This document shows, one piece after another, positions 49,481 through 60,642 of a stretch of DNA of 64,000 nt. The first letter of the stretch is position 1, and the number at the start of each line of letters is the position of its first letter. Under the pieces are notes generated by a model that worked only from the letters and a program-made list of their open reading frames with translations, did no database searches and was not told the origin of the DNA. The stretch is from contig JANNWY010000012.1 in NCBI GenBank assembly GCA_031409335.1, positions 1 through 64,000 of the forward strand. The letters are read 5' to 3'. Made by a program: the position numbers and the translations under genes. Source of the DNA: Chthoniobacteraceae bacterium. Its GTDB lineage: Bacteria > Verrucomicrobiota > Verrucomicrobiia > Chthoniobacterales > Chthoniobacteraceae.

Positions 49481-49939
49481 ATGGAAGAAATCACTCCACC
49501 GCCCGCTCCGAGTCCTGACGCGAAACCCGTGGAGCCTGCCGCCGCGGTCCCCGTGGAAGCAGGCGCCGGCCTCGCTCCAAACCTCGCCGCAACCATCTGC
49601 GCCGTGTTGCCGTTGCTGGGTGGCGTCTTCTTTCTCGTGCAGGAAAAGAAGAACGCGTTCGTGCGTTTTTGGGCGATGCAAACGGCGCTCTTTGGCGGTG
49701 TCTGGTGCATCGTCGCCATCGTTCTCGCGGTGGTTTCCGTAGTATTTGCCGTCCTCCACGTCCCGATCCTCAGTTGGCTCATCAGCAAGGTCATCGGTCT
49801 GGTGGCGGTCGTCTTTTGGGTCGGTTTCCTCGCGATCTGGATTGTCTCGATCATCAAGGCGTTCTCGAACACGGAGTGGGAAATCCCGTATCTGGGCAAA
49901 CTCGCGCGCAAACAACTCGCCGGGGAAAAGCTGTTCTAA
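49481..49939 (+). CDS. DUF4870-type membrane protein
   Basis: GL.PN.AA, E.KN.FVRFWAMQ, W.IP..G..A. Confidence 0.8.
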   Translation: MEEITPPPAPSPDAKPVEPAAAVPVEAGAGLAPNLAATICAVLPLLGGVFFLVQEKKNAFVRFWAMQTALFGGVWCIVAIVLAVVSVVFAVLHVPILSWLISKVIGLVAVVFWVGFLAIWIVSIIKAFSNTEWEIPYLGKLARKQLAGEKLF

Positions 49940-50838
49940 ACGGCGCGCGCTTCGCGGGAGATTTCATCGACGAGCGATGGTCCGCTGGCGAGTCCGGTCA
50001 GGCGGATTTCGCGGAACTCCGACTCTCTGCGGAACCACGTCATTTGCCGCTTCGCGTAACGGCGCGTCGTTTGCTGAATGGCGGCGATGCATTCCGCTTG
50101 GGTCATTTCGCCCGCGATGTGGGCCCGAATTTCCCGTAGGCCAATGGCCTGCTGCGCGGAGGGCCCGACTTCGCCCGCTGCGCGGATTTCATCGACGACT
50201 CCGCTTTCGAACATCTCCACCGTCCGTCGGTCGATGCGCCCGCACAGTTCAGCGCGGGCCCGCGTCAAAGTGATCCCGCGCCAGCCGCTCGGTGTCCCGC
50301 TCCATTGCTCGCGGAAGCTGGAAAATGGCCGCCCCGTGAGCCGGCAGACTTCGAGCGCGCGAATGATGCGGCGCGGGTTTTGCAAGTCGATTCGCTGCGC
50401 GCTTTCCGGGTCGAGTTCGGCGAGTTCGCGTTGCAGCGTCGCGAGTGGATGGGATTCCAATTCCGCACGGAGCGCCGGAGATGCCGGGGGAAGTGCGGCG
50501 AGTCCGCGGGTGAGCGCGCGAATGTAAAGTCCCGTCCCGCCGACGATGATTGCGCAGTGTCCGCGTGTGTGGATTTCACCGATCCGCTGACGCGCGGCAT
50601 CAAGCCAGCGGGCGACATCCCACGGCGCGCCGAGCGGCACTTCGCCGATCAGATGATGCGGCACCCTCGCGCGCAATTCGGACGATGGTTTTGCAGTCAA
50701 AATATCGAGCCCGGCGTACACTTGGAACGCGTCTGCGCTGACGATTTCGCCGTCGCAACGCTCCGCAATGGCGACGGCAAAATCGGATTTTCCGACCGCG
50801 GTGGCACCGAGGATGAGGAATGACGAAGTGGAATTCAA
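49936..50838 (-). CDS. miaA: tRNA dimethylallyltransferase (start uncertain)
   Basis: GATAVGKS, SADAFQVY..LDI.TAKP, VGGTGLY, RALEV, TRRYAKRQ.TW. Confidence 0.95.
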   Translation of the reverse strand: MNSTSSFLILGATAVGKSDFAVAIAERCDGEIVSADAFQVYAGLDILTAKPSSELRARVPHHLIGEVPLGAPWDVARWLDAARQRIGEIHTRGHCAIIVGGTGLYIRALTRGLAALPPASPALRAELESHPLATLQRELAELDPESAQRIDLQNPRRIIRALEVCRLTGRPFSSFREQWSGTPSGWRGITLTRARAELCGRIDRRTVEMFESGVVDEIRAAGEVGPSAQQAIGLREIRAHIAGEMTQAECIAAIQQTTRRYAKRQMTWFRRESEFREIRLTGLASGPSLVDEISREARAV

Positions 50839-50892
50839 AGCTCCGGGAATGAAGCCCGCGAAAGACGCGAAAGACACGAAAGAACCTTCCCC

Positions 50893-50925
50893 AAAAAAAG
50901 AAGCCCCGCCTTTCAGCGGGGCTTC
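50893..50925 (-). terminator. Rho-independent terminator of the RRM gene
   Basis: Minus strand GAAGCCCCGC-TGAAAG-GCGGGGCTTC-TTTTTTT. Confidence 0.85.
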
Positions 50926-50955
50926 TCGAATATGCCGGGTGCGGCTGACGTAGCG

Positions 50956-51486
50956 TCAATCGTACTCGCGCTCGGAGGATTTCGCGCCGCTGACGACGAG
51001 TTTGCGCCCGAGGAAATCCTTGTCGTGAAGCTCGACGACGGCCCGCTTCGCTTCATCGACACTGGCCATCGTCACGAAGCCGAACCCCTTCGATTTGTCG
51101 TTGAACTTATTCGTCACGATTTCCGCATTGCGGACCGCGCCGACGCCTTTGAACAACTCGAACAGATCGCTCTCCGCGGCGTTGAAGGAGAGATTGCCGA
51201 CGTAGAGTTTCGGGCTCGTGACGTCCACCGCTTCAGGCGGACGTGCGGCGCGGGCTGGGCCGCGCCCATTGCCGCGATTGTCGTCGCGCGTTCGGGGAGC
51301 CGTGGCGCTGCCGCTGGCGGTTGAGGTTTTGCCGCCGCCGGTGAAAAGACTTTTCAGGCGCTGCCAGAGCGAGAGTTTGGCAGGCGGTGGTGGAGTTGGG
51401 CGCGATTCGTTGCGGGGATTTGAGGAAGGCCGGCGCGGGCCGCGACCTGAGCGGCGGCCAGACTGCCGGGAGTTGTTTTGGTGCAT
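50956..51486 (-). CDS. RRM RNA-binding protein with a low-complexity N-terminal extension
   Basis: RNP2 LYVGNL and RNP1 KGFGFV. Confidence 0.9.
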   Translation of the reverse strand: MHQNNSRQSGRRSGRGPRRPSSNPRNESRPTPPPPAKLSLWQRLKSLFTGGGKTSTASGSATAPRTRDDNRGNGRGPARAARPPEAVDVTSPKLYVGNLSFNAAESDLFELFKGVGAVRNAEIVTNKFNDKSKGFGFVTMASVDEAKRAVVELHDKDFLGRKLVVSGAKSSEREYD

Positions 51487-52010
51487 GGAGCAATTGCTGA
51501 TGATGTAACGTGGATGTGCTGGCGAAGCGCACGGAAGCCGCGCTTCGCAGGGAAGCGCGGCGGAAATGTGCACGGTTTGTCAGTGGCCGCTTCACCTGCC
51601 GAAACATGCGCAGGTGAGAGACTGGCCACGTCGAAAAACTTCGCCGGGAAAGGGTCGGATCCGTCGTGGGAAGGAGCGATTCTCCAAACCCTCCCAAGCC
51701 GCGGACACGGAGTCGGCGCAGCACAGGGACGAAGCTGCCGATCAAGAGAATGAAAAAATGAAATCTGCTCATGAACGGACAACGGGAAGGAGGGGATGCA
51801 AAAGCGACAGCCATTGCGGAACCCGACACGCGACGTGCCATAAGCTACGCGCCCGCACCCGGCAAGATGAAACATTCAACTGGCGCGCGCGTGGGGTGCG
51901 TATCGATTCCCGCCATGGGTCAGAACCGGAAACTCAAATTTAGTGTGAAATGGCCAATGAGATTTTTGCCACTTGAGCCGCGCGCGAGCGGTGGCAATGT
52001 ACGCAACGCG

Positions 52011-52084
<74 letters not shown>

Positions 52085-52094
52085 CTTCTTTCTC

Positions 52095-52706
52095 TTACTG
52101 GCCGAGGTCGCTCAAGGCTTGCGCGGCGGCGTTTCGGACTTCCCGGTCGGGGTCGTTTTTCAGCGAATGCAGGAGGCCGCGGGCGCGGGGATCGTGCAGA
52201 TCGACGAGGGTGTGGATGGCGATGTAGCGGATGCGCGTGGGCTGGTCGGCAGCGAGGGCTTTCGTGCAAAGCGCGAGCTGGTTGTCGCGCTCTTTGGTGT
52301 GATCGAGGTCGCCGAGGACGGCGAGCATTTCGGATTTCACGTCCTCGCGGCGCTCGACCGAAAAGAGACGATTGAGAATGGTAAGGACGCTGGCAGGTGC
52401 GGCGTTCTTGAGTTCGCGGAGGGCGGCAATTCGGGCCGGAGGATCATTCGTCGCGGTGAGGAAACGCCGCTCAATCGCTCCCGCATCGGCGGGAAGTTCG
52501 GGTTCGGCGGATAGCTCGGATGGCGGCGGATCTTCGGGGATGGTTTGCGGAGTTTCCGGTGGCGCGGCTGCGATCCGGGTTTCTGCGGCATCGGGTGAAG
52601 GTGGGGGCGTTTCGACCGAGGCGGGGCGATTTTCCGAACATGCCGCGAGCAGCAATGCGAAACCGCCGAAGATGGCGGGCCGAGCGCGGCAAAAAATCAA
52701 ACGCAT
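52095..52706 (-). CDS. HEAT-repeat lipoprotein
   Basis: Lipobox LAAC, Pro/Glu-rich linker, HEAT-like DPDREVRNAAAQAL. Confidence 0.75.
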   Translation of the reverse strand: MRLIFCRARPAIFGGFALLLAACSENRPASVETPPPSPDAAETRIAAAPPETPQTIPEDPPPSELSAEPELPADAGAIERRFLTATNDPPARIAALRELKNAAPASVLTILNRLFSVERREDVKSEMLAVLGDLDHTKERDNQLALCTKALAADQPTRIRYIAIHTLVDLHDPRARGLLHSLKNDPDREVRNAAAQALSDLGQ

Positions 52707-52857
52707 CCAAAAATCCGATCGCGTCGCAATTCCCCAAGTGAAATAAGCCGGGACAATTTCCCGACTTCTTGATAATAGCATCCATCGTTGCGTCTTGGAG
52801 CGATAGTTCTGCAGACGCAAAAGTCTCATCTCGAAAAACCACCACAACAAACCAAAC

Positions 52858-54063
52858 ATGAAAACGAAAATTACCAATACCCGGAAGTTTCTCATCGGAA
52901 CGATCCTCGCCCTTGCCACTCCATTTGCGTTGCCGACTTCGGTGCGCGCCGCGGATCACGGCGATGGCCCTTCTGCTTCGCTCGATCGCTCGTGCGATAT
53001 CGGCGATCTTTACTTCTTCGTGGATCCGACCGATGCGACGAAAGTCGTGCTGATCGGAACCTTTCAGGGCTTCATCGTGCCGAGCGAGGCGGGGAATTTC
53101 GGCGTCTTCGATGCAAACGTGCGCTACCGCTTTGCCATCGAGAATACCGGCGACGCCATCTTCGACAAAAATATCGACGTGACCTTCACGCCTCGCGCGA
53201 CTGCCACACCCGGTGCGAAAACCCAGGTCGCGACGATCGCGATCACCGGCATCAATCGCGTGCTGACCGCCAATGCCACCAATCCCACGCTGGCGAATGT
53301 TGCCAATCCGCAAGTGGTGACGCCGCTCTCGAATCTCGGCATCGACTTCTTCGCCGGTATAGTGGACGACCCGTTCTTCTTCGACATCGTCGGGTTCAAT
53401 CGCTTTGTCGCCAAAGCCACCGCGACTCCTCCCGATCCGACGGCTGGAGCGGAATTGAACCGCGGTCGCGACAGCTTCGCGGGCTACAACACGATGGCCA
53501 TTGCGTTGCGAGTTCCGATCGCGCTCCTGAGGGCGGCTGGCTCGACGTCCACGTCGATCGGCGCGAATCTCCAGACTGCCCGCCGCACGATCGAGACGCC
53601 GATTCCAGCCGGAATCACCGTGGCCAGTGGACCATTCCGCCAGATCGACCGCACGGGGATTCCCGCCGTCAATGTCGCGCTCACCCCATTTCATAAAAAG
53701 AACCGCTACAATGCAGCGACGCCGGCCGACGATAAGGCCGGACTCTTTGCGCCAGACATCGTGGCAATCTTGACCGCGCTCGGCGCATCGCAGCCTTCGA
53801 TCAGCACGCTCGCCAGCGTTGCTGTCGCGAACGGCGACATCATGCGCCTCAATACCGCCGCCGCTCCCGGCTTCCCGAACGGACGCCGTCTCCAGGACGA
53901 CGTGATCGACATCATCCTCGGCATCATCGTCGCTGGAACGTTGAGCGACAACGCGAACGCGAACGACCTCAACGGCGGCGTTTTCGGCGCGTCATTCCCA
54001 TACATCCTGCAGCCGCAGCAGCCGTACCCGAACGGAACGCTCGACGACAGGACGCGCAACTAA
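52858..54063 (+). CDS. DUF4331 family secreted protein
   Basis: Signal peptide then ADH.D.P, DI.DLY.F, DDPFFFD, QIDR.G.PAVN, FPNGRRL.DDVID, FPY. Confidence 0.9.
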   Translation: MKTKITNTRKFLIGTILALATPFALPTSVRAADHGDGPSASLDRSCDIGDLYFFVDPTDATKVVLIGTFQGFIVPSEAGNFGVFDANVRYRFAIENTGDAIFDKNIDVTFTPRATATPGAKTQVATIAITGINRVLTANATNPTLANVANPQVVTPLSNLGIDFFAGIVDDPFFFDIVGFNRFVAKATATPPDPTAGAELNRGRDSFAGYNTMAIALRVPIALLRAAGSTSTSIGANLQTARRTIETPIPAGITVASGPFRQIDRTGIPAVNVALTPFHKKNRYNAATPADDKAGLFAPDIVAILTALGASQPSISTLASVAVANGDIMRLNTAAAPGFPNGRRLQDDVIDIILGIIVAGTLSDNANANDLNGGVFGASFPYILQPQQPYPNGTLDDRTRN

Positions 54064-54126
54064 CCATCAGTCTTCGTGCCGCGCCGGTCCGCCATTCGCG
54101 GGTCGGCGCGGCTTGCGTGTACAGCC

Positions 54127-55350
54127 ATGCGCCCCCTTTTTATTTGTTCGATCCTTGCCTTCGCTTCCGTCGCGGCAGCGGCGGACTCGGGCGATTCCGG
54201 GATTCGTTTTTTGGAAAATCGCGTCCAGCGTGATCCCGATGATTTCATCGCGTGGAATCAACTTGCCGAGCGGTATCACCGCGAATTGCGACGGACCGGC
54301 GACGATCGTTTCATCCGGCTGGAAATCGAGGCCGCGGAGAAATCGCTGAAGGCGATCCCGGCGGCGCAAAATCCCGAGGGACTCGCGGCGCTCGCGCAGG
54401 CGCGGCTTACGGCGCATCGTTTTGCCGAGGCGCGCGCGGCGGCGGAGCAGTTGCGCGGGATTTTGCCGGGGAAAATCCGACCGCTGGAATTGCTGGCGGA
54501 CGCGGCCATTGAATTGGGCGACTACGACGAGGCGCGGAAGATTTCAGAAGAACTCGCGAAGCTCCCAGGCGCGGAGTTTTCCGCCGCGGCGCGGCAGGCA
54601 AAGCTGGCGATCATCGAGGGCAAGCCGGAGCGCGCGCGGGAGCATTTTGAGCAAGGGCTCGCGCGCAGTGCGGAGCGCGCGGCCACGGAGCCGGAGGTGG
54701 CCGCGTGGTTTCACCTGCAACTCGGCGAGCTGGCGTTCAAGGCCGGCGATTGGGAAGCGGCGGAGCGGCACGACGCGAAGGCGGGCGAAGTGTGGCCGGA
54801 TGGGTACAGCGTGGTCGATCACATCGCCGAACTGCGCGGCGCGCAGGGGCGGACGGAAGAGGCCATCGCGCTGTACGAAAAGCTCGCCGCGCGGATTCCG
54901 CGTCCCGAGTTTTTCCAGGCGCTCGGCGATTTGCACGTGATCGCGGCGCTGCCGGAAAAAGCCGCGGTATGGCACGCGCGGGCGGAGGCGGCTTATCTGC
55001 AAAGCGTGAAGGATGGCGCGGTGCATTTTTACCATCACCTCGCGGGATTTTATTCTGATTCAAAGGAGGACGCCGCGCAGGCCGTCGAGTGGGCGCGGAA
55101 GGATCTCGCGCTGCGCCGCAGCATCCACGCGCACGATGCGCTGGCGTGGGCGCTTTACAAAAAAGGTGAAGCTGCGGAAGCCGCGAGCGAGTGCGCAAAG
55201 GCGCTCGCGACTGGCACGCGCGATCCGCATTTGCTCTACCACGCCGCGATGATCCGCATGGCCACGGGTGATGTCGCTGGCGGGAAAGCGGCGATGCAAC
55301 TGGCCGCGAGCGTGAACCCGAAGTTCAACACCTTTCACGTCCACCGATGA
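54127..55350 (+). CDS. Secreted tetratricopeptide-repeat protein
   Basis: Signal peptide, many TPR-like helices, DALAWALYK, YHAAMI, C-terminal FHVHR. Confidence 0.85.
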   Translation: MRPLFICSILAFASVAAAADSGDSGIRFLENRVQRDPDDFIAWNQLAERYHRELRRTGDDRFIRLEIEAAEKSLKAIPAAQNPEGLAALAQARLTAHRFAEARAAAEQLRGILPGKIRPLELLADAAIELGDYDEARKISEELAKLPGAEFSAAARQAKLAIIEGKPERAREHFEQGLARSAERAATEPEVAAWFHLQLGELAFKAGDWEAAERHDAKAGEVWPDGYSVVDHIAELRGAQGRTEEAIALYEKLAARIPRPEFFQALGDLHVIAALPEKAAVWHARAEAAYLQSVKDGAVHFYHHLAGFYSDSKEDAAQAVEWARKDLALRRSIHAHDALAWALYKKGEAAEAASECAKALATGTRDPHLLYHAAMIRMATGDVAGGKAAMQLAASVNPKFNTFHVHR

Positions 55351-55362
55351 TGAAATGGCTAT

Positions 55363-56587
<1,225 letters not shown>

Positions 56588-56604
56588 GGTTCCCTCGCGC
56601 GGTT

Positions 56605-57273
56605 TTAGCCAGGCCGGTGAGTTCTCTTTCGCAGTGCAAACGAGGCGGTGCCCAGCAGGGCGGCACCACCCGCAATCGAGGCGAAAATCACCTGCGTCAT
56701 TTCGCGTTTGCGCTCCGCAACTTTCTGCCTCGTGCGCAGTTCGGTGAAGCCTTCAACCAGCAGCGTGACGGTGTCAGCGAGCTTTTCCGCAGCGCTGCGT
56801 TTCATTTTGCTTTGCAGCCTCGGATCCTTGAGCAGCACGTTGATCGAGACCGGGGAAAACTCGGTGATGGCTTTCTCACTCGCCGCCATCGTCGCGTGCC
56901 CGGATTCGTCGTCGAAAACGATGAGCGCGCCAACCTCATCCTCCAGCCACGCATCCCGCGTCGCCTTCAGCAATTCCTCGAGCGTCGCTTCAACCCGCGA
57001 CGGCATGACTTTGAGCGTCGGCACCGCCAGCACGTAGATGTGGACATCCTGTTCGCGCGCGCATTTTTTCAAAACCTCCGCGATCTCCCGCGCGATCGCC
57101 GGGGGAAATGCCGCGCTCTGGTCGAGGTAATGGTTGTCGGGTTTCGGTGGCGCCGCGATCGCCAGCGCAAGCCGGGCGGGGATCAGAAAAGTCAGCAGCA
57201 GCGCGCTGCTGCGTGAATTATTCCAACGCCGAAGCACCCGCACGATCCAGTTGTTGCGTTCAAAAGTTCCCAT
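56605..57273 (-). CDS. TPM-domain membrane-anchored protein (start uncertain)
   Basis: YLDQSAAF......I...L....IYV pattern and a C-terminal TM followed by basic residues. Confidence 0.6.
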   Translation of the reverse strand: MGTFERNNWIVRVLRRWNNSRSSALLLTFLIPARLALAIAAPPKPDNHYLDQSAAFPPAIAREIAEVLKKCAREQDVHIYVLAVPTLKVMPSRVEATLEELLKATRDAWLEDEVGALIVFDDESGHATMAASEKAITEFSPVSINVLLKDPRLQSKMKRSAAEKLADTVTLLVEGFTELRTRQKVAERKREMTQVIFASIAGGAALLGTASFALRKRTHRPG

Positions 57274-57381
57274 GTTTTTTGGACCTCGCATGAAAGCACG
57301 AGTTCGCGGCAAGTCATTTCGATTCCGCGTTTCCACGGAATCTGAATGGAAAACGGTCGGGTGTCCTGTTAGCTGGAAATC

Positions 57382-57954
57382 ATGAAATCCGCCGCGCTCT
57401 GCCTTTCGACGACGATCCTTCTTGGCGCGATGGCGGCCAGCGCCGCCCCGCTCATCGGCGAAGCGCTCCCGAGTCCGCGCATCGCGCAGCTGAACGATGC
57501 GGTGGAAAAAGATCCCACCAATCCGCTCGCGCTGCAGGATCGCGGACACGCCTTCGCACTGCTCGGCATGAAGGAAGCCGCCATCGCCGATCTGCAACGC
57601 GCCGCGAGCCTCGCGCCCGGCAATGACAAAGTGCTCAACCGGATCGCGTGGTCCTATTTCAATCTTAAGGAACACCGCCGCGCGCTCGAATCATGGCTCG
57701 AAGCGGCGCGGCTCTCCGGCTACGAGCGCTACTACGATTACTACGCTGTGTCGCTCGGCTACTGGGGCACCGGCGACCGGGTGAAAGCCGTCGCGTTTTA
57801 CCATACCGCGGTCGAGCAGGATGAAACTTTCGGCGAATGGAAGACGCTGGTAACGCGGACGGAATCGTGGACTTGGGCGGAGAAGACCGCGGTGTATGGG
57901 CTCTTCGACGCGTGGCGTTTCGGGTATCGGCTGAAGGAAGAGAAGAAGCCGTAG
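57382..57954 (+). CDS. Secreted TPR protein
   Basis: Signal peptide, RG.AF..LG....AI.DL..A..L.P repeat. Confidence 0.75.
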   Translation: MKSAALCLSTTILLGAMAASAAPLIGEALPSPRIAQLNDAVEKDPTNPLALQDRGHAFALLGMKEAAIADLQRAASLAPGNDKVLNRIAWSYFNLKEHRRALESWLEAARLSGYERYYDYYAVSLGYWGTGDRVKAVAFYHTAVEQDETFGEWKTLVTRTESWTWAEKTAVYGLFDAWRFGYRLKEEKKP

Positions 57955-58013
57955 CCGGGAGTTTTTCCTCGCGCCGTCAGACTCACGCCCCTAGTTTCGC
58001 GCTCCTTTTTCCC

Positions 58014-58898
58014 ATGGAAACCGCACCACCCGTGCTCCGCATCGGCCTTCCCACGGGCAGCCTGCAGGAGCCGACCTTCGCCCTTTTTGCCAAAGCCGGA
58101 TACACCATCTCCGGGGCGAGCCGCTCGTACAAGCCGGCGGTGGACGATCCGGAAATCTCGGTGCGGCTGCTGCGGGCGCAGGAGATTTCGCGCTACGTCG
58201 AGCACGGGTTTCTCGATTGCGGGCTGACGGGGAAGGATTGGATCGCGAACAACGGCTCCGACGTGGAGGTGATGGCGGAGATGACTTTCTCGAAAGTGAG
58301 CAATCAGCCGACGCGCTGGATCATCGCCGTGCCGGAGGATTCGCCGATCAATGACGTGCGGGATTTGCAGGGGAAAATAATCGCGACCGAGGCGGTGGAA
58401 TTGACGCGGCGCTTCCTCGCTTCGCATGGCGTGACGGCGGATGTGGAATTTTCGTGGGGCGCGACCGAGGTGAAAGTGCCGGACCTCGTGGATGCGATCG
58501 TGGATGTGACGGAGACGGGTTCCTCGCTGCGGGCGAACAAGCTGCGCATCCTCGCGACGATCATGGAATCGTCGCCGCAATTTATCGCGAACAAGGACTC
58601 GCTAAATGATCCGTGGAAGAAGGCGAAAATCGCGACGGTGACGCTGATGCTGAAGGGTGCGTACGATGCGCGCGGCAAGGTGGGGCTGAAGATGAACCTG
58701 CCGGAGGCGAGGCTCGGGGAATTGCTGACGGCTCTTCCCGCGCTGCGCAATCCCACGATCTCGCGGCTCGCGGTGGCGGACTGGGTGGCGATCGACACGA
58801 TCATCGACGAGAAGACGGTGCGCGAAATCATCCCGCAATTGAAGGCGCTCGGCGCGGAGGGGATCATCGAATATCCGCTGAACAAGCTCGTGCATTGA
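58014..58898 (+). CDS. hisG: ATP phosphoribosyltransferase (long form)
   Basis: LP.GSLQ, RAQEI..YV..G..D.G.TG.DW, GATE, DAIVD.TETGSSLRAN, C-terminal regulatory domain. Confidence 0.96.
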   Translation: METAPPVLRIGLPTGSLQEPTFALFAKAGYTISGASRSYKPAVDDPEISVRLLRAQEISRYVEHGFLDCGLTGKDWIANNGSDVEVMAEMTFSKVSNQPTRWIIAVPEDSPINDVRDLQGKIIATEAVELTRRFLASHGVTADVEFSWGATEVKVPDLVDAIVDVTETGSSLRANKLRILATIMESSPQFIANKDSLNDPWKKAKIATVTLMLKGAYDARGKVGLKMNLPEARLGELLTALPALRNPTISRLAVADWVAIDTIIDEKTVREIIPQLKALGAEGIIEYPLNKLVH

Positions 58899-58905
58899 GC
58901 GTGGC

Positions 58906-60534
58906 GTGACGCGGCTCCGAGCATTCACGATCGTCGCGCTGCTGTGGGCCGCGATCTATCTGCCGGGGCTGGGTTCCACGGAGATCAAGGGCGAGGAAGG
59001 CCGCCGGATTTTGCCCGCGATCACGATGCTGGATGAGGGCGACTGGCTCGTGCCGCGCGTCGGCGGACGGGCGTATTTGCGAAAGCCGCCGCTGGTGAAT
59101 TGGGTGATCGCGGCGTCTTTCAAAATGCTGGATCGCCGCGACGAATGGGCGGCACGGCTGCCGTCGGCGGTGTGTGTGCTGGCGTTCTGCGGAGTGATGA
59201 TCGCGGTGAGCGGGGCGCGCGCGCGGACGATGTTCACGACGGATGTGGCGTTCGTCGCGGCGGTGTTTGCGATGACGCAATTCGGCCTGCTCGCGAAGGC
59301 GCGATTCGCGGGCGCGGAGATTGAGGGGATCTACGTGCCGCTCGCCGGGATGGCGATGGTGACGTGGCTCGCGTGGTGGGAGCAGCGGCGTTCGGCGTGG
59401 CTGGTGTGGACGGTGCCGTTCGTTTTTCTCGGCATCGCCGGCCTCGCGAAAGGGCCGGTGCATTTGCTGTTTTTCTACGCAATCGTCGTCGCGGTTTTGT
59501 GGCAGGCGAGGGGACTCGCGGAGCTGCGCCGCGTGCCGCATTTCGCCGGGATCGCGGTCATGCTCGGCATCGTGGCGTTGTGGGCCGTGCCGTATTTTCA
59601 AGCGCATCCCGAGGCGGCGAAAGTGTGGAACGACCAGATGGCCGGGCGCGTGACGGAGAATAAATTCGACGCCGCGAGCTACGCGCTAAACATCCCGCGC
59701 GGCCTGTCGGACGTGCTGCCGTGGCTGCTCTTCGCGCCTTTGCTGTGGCTGCGGCGCGGCGCGTGGAGCGGACGCGAAGGTGCGCTGGTGCGCGGCGCGA
59801 TGCTCGCGGTGGCCGTGTGTTTTTTCACGCTGCTGCTCGTGCCCGGCGTGCTCACGCGCTATGTGCTGCCGCTCGGCGTCCCGCTCGCCCTGCTGCTCGC
59901 GCTCGCCGTCGCGGAGGAAAAACACGAGCCGCCCCGCGACACGCTGCGCTGGTGGTGGCAGGCAAATTCCGGCGGCGCGCTCGGCCTGCTCGCGCTCGCC
60001 ATCGTCGCGCCGACGGCAGTTGCGATCGGCGAACAGCGGCACGTGCGCGTCGTCGGCGAACGTTTCGGGGGCGCGGCGACATTTCTCGTGTGGCCGATCC
60101 TCGCGTCATCGGCAGTCATCATTATTTGTCTCGTCATTTTTATCGGGAGAAAAAGGCTCGCGCGTCCCACGCGCCTCGCTGGTGCCTCGGCGGCGCTCCT
60201 CGGCGCGGCGGCGATGATTTATGCCGCGGCAGCCGTTCCGTTCATCAAACACGCCGACAATCTCCGCCCGCTCGCCGCCGCGATCGACGGCGCGATCCCG
60301 GCTGGCGAGCGGCTCTACATTTTCGATCCCGAATATCAGCCGGCCATCTTCTACCTCCGCACGCCATACGCGTATGCCAACGCGATCCGCGAACTTCCGG
60401 CGGAAGCGCGATACGTGATGGCGCGCGGTGGAAACCGCAAGAAACTGGAAAGCGAGCGCCCCGAGTACGATCTCCTGCAAAGTTTCGACGGCTCCGGCAA
60501 GAATCAGGTCTGCTTGTATCGACGCCGACAGTGA
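58906..60534 (+). CDS. ArnT/GT83-family (PMT-like) glycosyltransferase
   Basis: EEGRR....M...GDWLVP, KPPL..W..A.S, EWAARLPS, KGP; multiple TM segments. Confidence 0.85.
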   Translation: MTRLRAFTIVALLWAAIYLPGLGSTEIKGEEGRRILPAITMLDEGDWLVPRVGGRAYLRKPPLVNWVIAASFKMLDRRDEWAARLPSAVCVLAFCGVMIAVSGARARTMFTTDVAFVAAVFAMTQFGLLAKARFAGAEIEGIYVPLAGMAMVTWLAWWEQRRSAWLVWTVPFVFLGIAGLAKGPVHLLFFYAIVVAVLWQARGLAELRRVPHFAGIAVMLGIVALWAVPYFQAHPEAAKVWNDQMAGRVTENKFDAASYALNIPRGLSDVLPWLLFAPLLWLRRGAWSGREGALVRGAMLAVAVCFFTLLLVPGVLTRYVLPLGVPLALLLALAVAEEKHEPPRDTLRWWWQANSGGALGLLALAIVAPTAVAIGEQRHVRVVGERFGGAATFLVWPILASSAVIIICLVIFIGRKRLARPTRLAGASAALLGAAAMIYAAAAVPFIKHADNLRPLAAAIDGAIPAGERLYIFDPEYQPAIFYLRTPYAYANAIRELPAEARYVMARGGNRKKLESERPEYDLLQSFDGSGKNQVCLYRRRQ

Positions 60535-60642
60535 ACTTTCTTTTTTCGCGCTCATCCTCGCTTTCCTTTCCTTCGTAGAGCATGAGTGTCAAATGCCCAT
60601 AAACCTCCGAACCACGAATCCCGCCCGAGTGATCGCATTTTC

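Noticed and set aside
52778..52805. ECF-type promoter (GCATCC-N16-GCGAT) before DUF4331
   Set aside because: Match too short and weak to support without an alignment
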